Below, piece after piece: positions 54,192 through 64,000 of a stretch of DNA of 64,000 bases (positions are counted from its first letter, which is position 1; the number at the start of each line of letters is the position of its first letter). Under the pieces are notes generated by a model. That model did not search any database and had not been told where the DNA came from. It worked only from the letters and a program-made list of their open reading frames with translations. The position numbers were made by a program, and so were the translations under genes. Source of the DNA: Nymphaea colorata (taxonomy: Eukaryota); the NCBI RefSeq assembly GCF_008831285.2, contig NC_045138.2:7192001-7256000 (forward strand), given 5' to 3'.

Positions 54192-54440
54192 GACATTTCC
54201 TAATTGTTTCGGAGCAATTAGAAAAAGATTATTTGACCAGAAATAATTCAGTTTAGGTGGATGATATCTATCCAAAAGTTTTCGCAAATCAATCACGTAT
54301 GGTTGAATCATCAAAGATTTGATCTTTTCTAATTTTGTCTCTAACTCACTAGGGACTCGAGATATAAAGAGAAAATGCATACAAAAGAGATATCCAACAA
54401 CAAGTGGAAGGAAAAAGATTGAATAGAGGAACTCCCGAGC
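54192..54440 (-). pseudogene. ycf2: Plastid ycf2 fragment (NUPT)
   Basis: [59 protein letters not shown] aligns with recalled Ycf2 sequence [59 protein letters not shown]. Confidence 0.85.
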
Positions 54441-55470
54441 AAAAGCAATGCCTCCTTGCATAACATGGATTCGAAACATTCCTGATCTGTATGTGAATGA
54501 GTTGAATTACATATCTCTTAGTCTATTAGTGAACCATCTTATGAGGGATTGTGAAAGACACTATAAATATTCTTGTAAATGCTTCAACTTATATTCCTCA
54601 AAGTGGATCCCACTCTAATAGCTCTCAATAAATCAAATACATGCATTAAGATAGGAAAACTTCTTATTCTACAACTGCGAAAGTACTTTTTCATTATAAT
54701 TACTGGACAATAACAATATGTTATGGCCAGACAAATTTAACGTTAAAAAAGCTAAGCACCAATGAAGTGCCTACCTAACTTTTCAGGTACATATGTAGCA
54801 AATTCATCCCCCATGGTGGTTTGGTTTGAGTAGGTAGGTCCATGTTAGAAAGGCGATTAGTTCACCTACCGCGTCGACCACAAACAAAAGTGGTCGCTTT
54901 TGGTTCGAATATCCTCATTTATAACACCACTTTTGTATTATTTATCAATCTGTCGTTTGTACCTAGAAAAGTATAATCTATAAACATTTTACTGGTATAA
55001 ATAATATGCCATGACACTTGAAAATCAAGTCTGACCTATTGGATTTCTAAAACTCATCTTACATGTCAAACTTAATTATAAATTTGGTATCAATTTTAAT
55101 TTTTATAAACATGGATAACCTCACGTGCACCGTTAATTTTTGAGAATAAGTAAGCTTGAAATAACTTTTGCAAAATTTACCTGTCCCAACTTGGTGTTCA
55201 TGTGAGTGCGTGCACAGAAATGATTTACATGAAAGAGGAATTACAACCCAATTCATTTTTTACCCAATCAATGTCAGCCGTTATTTTTGTGGTTGGGTAG
55301 TTATTTTTTATTTTGTGGCACTGAAAAGTATAGTAAAAATTGCATTTCATCGTTAGAAACCATAGCCAAATAATTATGCATCACCAATTTACCTTTTGCC
55401 ATAATTGTTTATCGACACAAAATAAAATAATAACTACCCCGTGACAAAGGTAACCAACTAACTTCAGCTG

Positions 55471-55507
<37 letters not shown>

Positions 55508-55819
55508 AAGAGATCCGACCGCTGGCTAAATAGCCTAAATGTTCAAAACCTATCATTAAATCGTTTCTTACTAAAAGTAACATAAGTTGGTGCGGTACAA
55601 TAAATAATCGCAGTTGCTTTTTATGGCTGAAGACTATATATATATATATATAAGAGGGAGAGAGAGAGAAATCAGACCACCGGCTAAATATTTAAAATCT
55701 ATCATTAAATCATTTCTTACTAAAAGTAACATAAGTTGGTGCGGTACAATAAATCATTGCTATTGTTTTTATGGCTGAAGACTTTACAGCATATTGTAGT
55801 TATATAACCATAGACAACG

Positions 55820-55855
<36 letters not shown>

Positions 55856-55993
55856 TGATAGAAAGAGAAACAAACTGAATTTCGTACCTAAACATCTTAT
55901 AGCAACTTTCGTACCTAAACCCAACTCCTGAATTTCGAAAGACTAACAACCGACAAAGTGATCGGCGTTTTTGGCCTGAATCACGGAGATGTC

Positions 55994-56566
55994 CTAATAA
56001 TGGATGACATAGACATTGTACTCCACATTGGCGTCTCCGGTGTTGGCATCATACTGGTGAGTCCTCGCAACGGCGTAGCCACGGGCCAACCGGAATAGGC
56101 CGCTGCCACCCACCACAGGCATCTCCCTCACCGCATGCATCGGCGCATTCCTCCCCAGAATGCTCAGAGTGCTGCCGTTGTACTTCCCCTCCAGGAAAAC
56201 ATAGGTGCATGCCATCAGCAGCGTCGTTTCCTGCTGCCCGTCCAGCGCATAGAACCCTTGTGCTCTTCCGATCAGCTTGGACGACAGCTCCGGGCCCTCC
56301 GTCAGTGGATCGTCGATCATGGCAACGTTGCCGAAGCCAGCCGCAGAGGAGATGTTCGCTGGCCGGACAATGTTTACGGCCGTCGGATTTCGTCCGCTGA
56401 CGATGTCGTGGAAGTAGAAGTGAAGATGGGACGTCTTCTCCCTCAGCGGCCTCCTGCTTCCGGCCAGCTGCCTCTGAACTGGTCTGGCGCTTGCAGTTAA
56501 AAAAGCGAGGAAGAAGAAGCAAAGGACGAAGATGGGTGTGGTGGATTTTGGAAGATGGGAAGCCAT
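55994..56566 (-). CDS. DIR: Dirigent protein, type D (intact, 190 aa, most divergent copy, inverted)
   Basis: Complete ORF with signal peptide and HLHFYFHD, MIDDPLT, GRAQG and REMPVVGGSGLFRLARGY motifs. TATATA box on the minus strand at about 56632-56639. Confidence 0.95.
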   Translation of the reverse strand: MASHLPKSTTPIFVLCFFFLAFLTASARPVQRQLAGSRRPLREKTSHLHFYFHDIVSGRNPTAVNIVRPANISSAAGFGNVAMIDDPLTEGPELSSKLIGRAQGFYALDGQQETTLLMACTYVFLEGKYNGSTLSILGRNAPMHAVREMPVVGGSGLFRLARGYAVARTHQYDANTGDANVEYNVYVIHY

Positions 56567-59050
56567 TTTCTTGAGTCTGGCAATGACAGAAGTATAGAGA
56601 AGAAGATTGGAGTGGTTGATTCAAAATTGTCTATATATAAAACAAAAAAGAGAGATAGAGACTGGCCAACTGTTTGGCAATAAACCATTTATTTATGATT
56701 TTTTAGTTGACGACGACAACTTTGTTCAATAATCATGTCAAGTTGAACGACGCTAGCATTTATATTTCGTATTTAATCTACTTTGCAGGAAAGAGAGGCA
56801 AAAGAAGCACAATAATTAGCTTGCAGTAATTAATTTTAACGAATCCAATTGGCCAAAAATGGCCCTTGAGGTTCAGCAGAACTCTACGTGAATTGATTTA
56901 AAACTTAGAAAGTTTTTTTTTTTTAGTGTTTATTTAGGGAAAACCACTTTGAAGGTAAAACCTACAAGGCTATACCCTTATACTGTAACGTTTTAAAGGT
57001 TAGGTAGACTTACTGTAGGTTCTCTTATTCGAATGTTTCATTTGTGATTGTATGTAGCCTAGAGGAACAGTATGCTGGAACATGACGTGAGCCATTTATT
57101 CGAACCTCGAACTCCTTTTACGTAAACCTCAAAATATAGAAAGTTATTTTTTTACAAGAATAGATGAAAATTATAATGAATTAATTAAAACAGAAAAAAA
57201 TTATAATATAAAAAGATATTTATAAATTGGTTTGTGGTGCACCTGACTCTACCACGAGCTGTGCCTACCAATTGGATTTGAATAAACTGATTCATGTTAA
57301 TTCTAAAAAACAAAATGTTCAAATAGTCTCCTGCTTTCATGTCCAAGTAAAATAGTGCAAAAAAGTAATTACAAAAGCTACTTATTAAGAGATGGCCAAT
57401 AAATTTTAATGCATTAGGAGGGGTTGAGATCATTGTATTTACAAAATTTTAAAAATTATAACAAATGATTTTTAGTTTTTCCAAAATCAAGGAGGGGTGG
57501 ACCACATGGCGCCTGCCAGCCTCCACTTGGCTCCATCCCATTTCCCCACAAAGTGATTCTCTCTCTTTCGCTCAGATGCACATACAAGACATCAGTATTA
57601 ACAAACTTTACTTTGTAAACAAGCTTCCTTGACATCTACACACATAATTGTATTAACTTTCCTTTGTCAACAAGCTTTTGATACATGTGACTAGAAATAA
57701 TGACTTCCCAATTGTAAAGGAAGTGGGGAAAAGAAACGAAAAGAAACGTTCCGGCATTTTTCCTTTTCAGAATGAGTAAGAGTTGAACCCTCCTGCCCAA
57801 GTAAGACCTGAAGTTGGTAGGCCTCCTCTATCTCAAGCAGGTTATATACGCTCTCTTTGTATATAAAATTTTATGTGTCATTTTAATAATGACAAAAAAA
57901 AATACCATGATTAATAAAAGACTTTTTGTAAAAACAAAAAATAAAACCACAAAAAAAATTGGGGGATTTGATAAAGGTAAAATTTGTCAGTCCATATATG
58001 CATATCGTTATGACCATTATACCCCTCTAATTGTCCTGCTTATACCATTATCTTATTACATCATAAACATTATATTTTATTATCTCATAAACATCATCTC
58101 ATACTTACGTTTAACATTATCTCATATATTTGTCTCTTATTTTACTATCTCATAAATATTTTACTATCACATACCTATGTTTAGCATGGTCTCATACATC
58201 CGTCTGTTATCTCGTTATTTCGTAAATCGTTTGTTATCTCATAAATATTATTTCATACTTATGTTTAGCGTTACCTCATACATCTGTCTGTTCTCACATT
58301 ATTTCATAAATATTTTGTTATTTTATACACATTATCTCATATTTATTTGTTATTTCATACTTATTTTTTCTCTCATGCACATGGATATGTGCAATGTTTG
58401 GATATGAAAGTAAATAGTATATTGATAGTATAGTCTACATCAATGTGTACGCTCGTTATATATAGAGACGGATGTATAAAACTTTCTCTCTCGTCTTTCC
58501 CTTAGCCCTAAGGCTATGGAATGCTATGGTGTGTCCCAGAATATGTCCTCGCTGTATGCCAACTAATACAAAAGCATTGCCATAATATCAATTTGTAGTA
58601 TGAAAACAAGGAGACCACTTTGATTCAATTTGAATCACTTTTTCCTTTTTCTCAAAAAACTTCTAAAAGTAATGTTTCTCAACTTCTTCACATTTTTTCA
58701 TCATTACTTTTAGATGGATTTCACTTTAAAGTTTGAAGCATATGTTAAATTATTAATTTTCATTTCTACCATTACCAAAACATCATTTTTACCATTGTAT
58801 AACTTTTTTTGTTAATTTTTCATTTATTTTACTTTTTTGTAAAGCATATATTGTGCTCAATGGGCAAAAACATATTGTCCTTATTCAGGTATTTATTAAA
58901 CAGAGCGTGCACTTCAAAAGTGCGTGACTGCTAAGAGGGATGGGCGTGTTGGAGCAAGCTTGAATATTAAATTCATTGGTTATATACAATCTGAAGGCTA
59001 CCTGTCATAAAATATTGAAAAGGGCTTGTTGGTATATATATAATAAATAA

Positions 59051-59081
<31 letters not shown>

Positions 59082-59139
59082 GGTGTCACGCACTTAGATT
59101 GTAAATAGATAAGTAAGGTCATTAAACTCTGCTTGACTA

Positions 59140-59760
59140 ACTTTTTGTTAAATGAGTTGAGCTCGAGTTGATATCTGAACTAGTCTTTTTAGTGGAGTCG
59201 AGTTTAAGTTGTCGAGCTGTTCGAACGCAGCTCGTCTAACTCGACTGGGCTTAAAAAAATTAAAAAACGGCTCATTCCTTTTTCTCCCTCGTCACCATTC
59301 CTTTTCTCTCTTCACCCTCACCCATCGCTTCTTTTTCCCGTTTCTTTTTCTCTTTCCTCACCTTTCCTCCTCCATCCTCCTATGGACTCTCCGAGCAGCA
59401 CTGGTGATGGCAGCGGTGGTGATCGGCAATGAGAATCTCGACCGGCGGCGGCGGACGAGACCAACGCTTCTCTGCCGCCCTTCTTCCCTTTCTTATTTGT
59501 TTCTCTTGCTCCCTCTCTCTTACCCTTGCTCGAACAAGGGTTCCGATATCTCATAAACCCTCGTGGTCGACCCAGAACCCTTTCATGAGCAAGGGTACTC
59601 TTCTCAGAGCTCTCGCTCGAGCAAGGGTTCTCACTTATTTACTCAGAATCCTTCTTCACTCAAGCAGGTCTGTGTGTTCTCTGCTCGAGCTGTGCGAGGG
59701 CTCTGAGCAATGAGCATAGAACCCTCGCTTCGCTCTAATGCATCGGAACCTTCACTCTAA
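59140..59760. mobile_element. Probable hAT-derived MITE remnant
   Basis: GAGTTGAGCTCGAG subterminal-type repeats and internal CTCGA(A/G)CAAGGGTTC repeats. Ends not resolved. Confidence 0.4.
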
Positions 59761-60074
59761 TGAATAATTGAAATTGATACAGCCATTATTGGAGGATATG
59801 ATAATAAAATATACAATTAGAATGTTAGTTCAAGAGCATCGGCTCGAAACACTATACCATTTAAAGATATGAAAGCTTCATCAACGGTTCAAACTAGTTT
59901 GCATATTATTTGCTTCAGAAATGAATCGCAACTATGGTAGTATTGTTTGGTTTACGCAAGATTAAAATATATATGGCTATAAAATTTCATCTAACAACCT
60001 AATTAATTGGTATTATACAATTACCAATTAAAACATTTAACTAGCTGCACATGAGTCTGCGTCGAGTACCCAAG

Positions 60075-60790
60075 CTGGTCGCTTTTGGATCGAATCTCTT
60101 AACTTATAACACCACTTTTGCAATATTTATCAATCTATCCTTTATATCTAAAAAACCATAAATCTATAAACATTTTACTGGTATAAGTAATATGCTATGA
60201 CACTTTAAAATCTAGTCTGACCTTTTCGATTTCTAAAACTCATCTTACATGTCAAAATTAATTATAAATTTGGTTTCAACTTTAATTTTTATAAACATAG
60301 ATAATCTCACGTGCACCATTAATTTTTCAGAAAAAGTAAGCTTGATTTTTTTTTTTGGCAAAATTTAACTCACCCAACTTAATGTGCATGTGAGTGCCGC
60401 AGAGATTATTTACATCAAAGGGGAATTACAGCCTAATACTTTTTTGACACAATCATGTCAGCCGGTTATTTTTGTGGATTTCATTGTTAGAAACCATAGC
60501 CAAAGCATCGCAAATTTACCTTTTGTCATAATTGTTTAACGACACGAAATAAAATAATAAATATCCGATAACAAAAGTAACCAACTGACTTCCACTTATA
60601 TATATATATATATATAAAAGAGAGAGAGAAAGAAATCAGACCACTGGCTAAATGTTTAAAATCTATCATTAAATTATTTCTTACTAAAAGTAACGTAAGT
60701 TGGTGCGGTACATAAATCATCTTTATTGCTTTTATGGCTGAAGACTTCACAGCAGTGAGCAGTTGTAATTATATAACCATAAGACAACAA

Positions 60791-60882
<92 letters not shown>

Positions 60883-62361
60883 GAGAAACGTATATAACAA
60901 AAAGGCCAAACATCTTATGGCAACTTTCTTACCTAACCCAACTACTGAATTTCGAAAGACTAACAACCGACAAAGTGATCGGTGTTTGAATCAGCCGATT
61001 CAGGTTTATTCACAAAAACAAATTTTTGAAATAGTCTCCTGCTTTCATGTCCAAGTAAAATAGTGCAAAAATATAATTACAAAAGTTATCTATTAAGAGC
61101 AGGCCAATAAATTAGGAAGGGTTGAGATTCGTTGTGTTTACAAAATTTTAAAAATTATAACAAATGATTTTTATTTTTTACAAAATCAAGGAGGGGTGGA
61201 GCGCGTGGCCCCTGCCAGCCTCGCCTTGGCTGCTCTCTCTTTCTCTCTCTCATGCACATACAACACGTCAGTATTAACAAACTTTACTTTGTAAACAAGC
61301 TTCCTTGACATGTGGAAAGGTCATGACACACGACGCACATAATTGTATTAATTTTCCTTTGTAATAAGCTTTTCTTAGGTGTGAAATGAAATAATGACTT
61401 CCCAATTCTGAAAGTAGTGGGAAAAAGGGACTTCCTAGCATTTTTTTTTCGTTTTTTAGGCTGAGTAAGAGTTGAATCTTACTGCCCAAGTATGACCTGA
61501 AGTTGGTAGGCCTTTTCTTTCTCAAGTTAGTTATATACGCCGCACCCACATATGAAATTTCATATGTCATTTTAATAATGACAAAAAATAGCCATGAATA
61601 ATGAAAAAAAAAACTTTTTGTAGGGATAAAAATATAAATTGCAAAAAAAAATTTGGAGATTCGATAAAGATAAAATTTTTCAGTCCTTATATGCATATCG
61701 GTATGACCAATATACCCTTCTAAGTAGTAAAAAAGTATTTTACTTTTTTTGTCTCGCTCATAACGTTATCTCATTATCTTATAAACATATCTCATATTTA
61801 TGTTTATCGCTATCTCATACATCTATTTGTTGTCTTATAAACATTATCTCATACTTAAATTTAACCTTACCTCATACATCTATCTATTATCACATTATCT
61901 CATAAATAATTTGTTATTTCATCCCTATCTGTTATGTCGCACATGCATATATGTAATATTTGAGCATGAAAGTAAGTATGCATATTGATAATATGGTTCA
62001 CATCGGATGTTCGCTCATTATATACATGGACCGGTGTAGAGAACTTGCTCTCTCCTCTTTCCCCTACCCCTAAGTCTAAGGGCTGCAATGGTGTCTTTGG
62101 AATATGTAGGATGTCTCCCCTCTAAGTCAACTAATATAAATGCATTGTTCCTAAAATCAATTGTTAGTATGAAAAGAAGGAGACCACTTTGATTCAATTT
62201 GAATCACTTTTTCCTTTTTCTCAAAAACTTCTAAGGGAATGTTTCTCAACTTCTTTTTCACATTTTTTCATCATTCTCAAATGATTTTCGTTTTAAAGTT
62301 TAAAGCGTCTGTTAAATTATTTATTTACATTTCTACCATTACGAAAACATCATTTTATCAT

Positions 62362-62393
<32 letters not shown>

Positions 62394-62430
62394 TTTATAT
62401 TATGTATTTTCTTATTAGTTATTCATTTAT
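60075..62430 (+). repeat. Segmental duplication block D' (copy of about 54890-58830, lacking the DIR gene)
   Basis: Collinear match on both sides of a gap of about 1.3 kb that corresponds to the DIR-D gene. Confidence 0.9.
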
Positions 62431-63299
62431 TTTATTTTTTTCTAATTTTTAATTTTTTGAAAATGCCTAATTATTCATGATATTTTTCGGAGATTTTCAG
62501 CTTTGCTAAAAATACCCGCAAACAATCTTACAAACTTGAAACCCGTTAATATTTTGATTATGCTTTTATTGGACAAAACTAAGGATCCTGCATCTCCGGT
62601 TGTGGCTAAAAAGGCATCTACTAAATTATTTGATAAACAAAATGTTGATGAAGAAACATTTAAAAGTATATCCTTACATAATCGTCTTTTAATAAATTTC
62701 ATTATGAGCTGTTAAACGATTACTAATCCAAGTTGACGAGAGTACTTATACATATGTTTCTTAATTGAATGGAAAAATTACAAAGAGCCGATGCCGAACA
62801 AACAGGTGAATTAACCATTAATGGCCGCGCCATACCGTTGAGAGATATCAGATATAAGTGCCAAACTTTTCTAACTGCTTCATAAATAGCTGCAGTAAAC
62901 AAATAGCAAATTAACTTGTCCCTTTAAATTAAAATTATTTTCACAAAACAAAGAAAAAAATCAACAGAAGGAAAAAATCACTGCTGCCTCTTGCGATGCA
63001 GCGAGTGTCAAAATGCCGCTGCCTGGACCCTTGCCAGGCAGCGACGGAGAGGGTCAACAGCACCCATGTGGCGTTGTTGAACAGTGAGGGTTAGGGTGAG
63101 CAACATGTAAATGACTTGAGCTCGAGCTTGAACTCAGATTATTGAGTCGAACTCGCCTCATAAAGCTCCATTCAGTAGCGGAGCTACCTTGAGGATAACA
63201 TGGACAACCATATTAAAGTTTTATTATCAATAGATCACTCAATGCATTTCATTGGGTGGATGTGATTAAACACATTTCTCAATGCATGTGTGGGAGGCT

Positions 63300-63794
63300 T
63301 AAGCCTGGGCATTGGGCCGGGCCGCCACCGGGCCTGGCCGGCCCTTTCGGACCTGGGTTCGGGCCGGGAAAAACCTGGCCTAGGCTGGGCCTGGACCCGA
63401 TAGGCCAGCCCGGTGGAGGCCCAGACCGACTCCCGCCCTCCGTCTCCCTCGCTCCCTCTCCCTCCTCCTCTGAGTCCTCTCCGCTCCCGCTCTCTCTCTC
63501 CTCCGGCTCGCCCTTTCCCTCTCCCTCTCTGCTTCCCCTCTCCCTCTCTGCTCCCGCTCCCCCTCTCTTTCTCCCCCTCTCCCTCTCCTCTTCCCCTCTC
63601 TCTCTCCCTCCTCCTCTGTCTCCCTCGCCGCTCCCCCTCCTCCTCCATCGGAGGGGGTCGGGAGGTCAGGGGAAAAGAGGGTCGGGAGGGCGGGGAAAGG
63701 GGTTGGGATGGTGGGCCTGGCCGGGTCCGGGTCCAGCTGAGCGGCCCGACGAGCCGGATCGGGCCGGCCCTGCCCGGCCCGATGCCCAGGCCTA
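63300..63794. mobile_element. GC-rich hAT-type MITE
   Basis: TIRs TAAGCCTGGGCATTGGGCCGGGC and (reverse complement) TAGGCCTGGGCATCGGGCCGGGC. Degenerate 8-bp TSD GGGAGGCT/GTGAGGGT. Confidence 0.85.
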
Positions 63795-64000
63795 GTGAGG
63801 GTACACAAATTTTCAGTGGAAACCCATACGAAGAAATTCATAAACACAACACACTCTTATAGCTCAGCCTTGACAACCCACAGTTGGGACAACCCCCAAC
63901 AACTGAAACGTTCAGATATAATATCAGTGTGTGGGCGCATCCACTCAATTAGATCGTTCTACATGCCTTTTTTTCCAAGATAAGCTGATGAATATCACCA

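Overview
Flowering-plant nuclear DNA (AT-rich, many (TA)n tracts, MITEs) containing a tandem cluster of intronless dirigent-protein (DIR) genes whose motifs resemble the DIR-b/d subfamily. The cluster is built from duplicated blocks in the order A-B | C-A' | C'-A''-B' | D-D'. Of nine gene slots, four genes are intact, one per sequence type: A 3750-4322, C 25560-26132, B' 50390-50959 and D 55994-56566 (minus strand). Three are pseudogenes: two carry LTR-retrotransposon insertions in the coding exon, and one has a 7-bp frameshifting duplication plus loss of its TATA box. Two have been deleted, leaving their flanks. Also present: a decayed hAT transposon; a decayed Tto1/Tnt1-like Copia; a non-autonomous short-LTR element; three PIF/Harbinger-type non-autonomous elements carrying host gene fragments (callose synthase, UBR7, PPR); a plastid ycf2 fragment; probable organelle-derived inserts; and several hAT/Tourist MITEs. 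I see no clearly new molecular system. The strongest candidates for novelty are the one-intact-copy-per-type pattern and the repeated gene capture by Harbinger-type elements. All protein identifications come from recalled motifs and by-eye alignment, not database searches.
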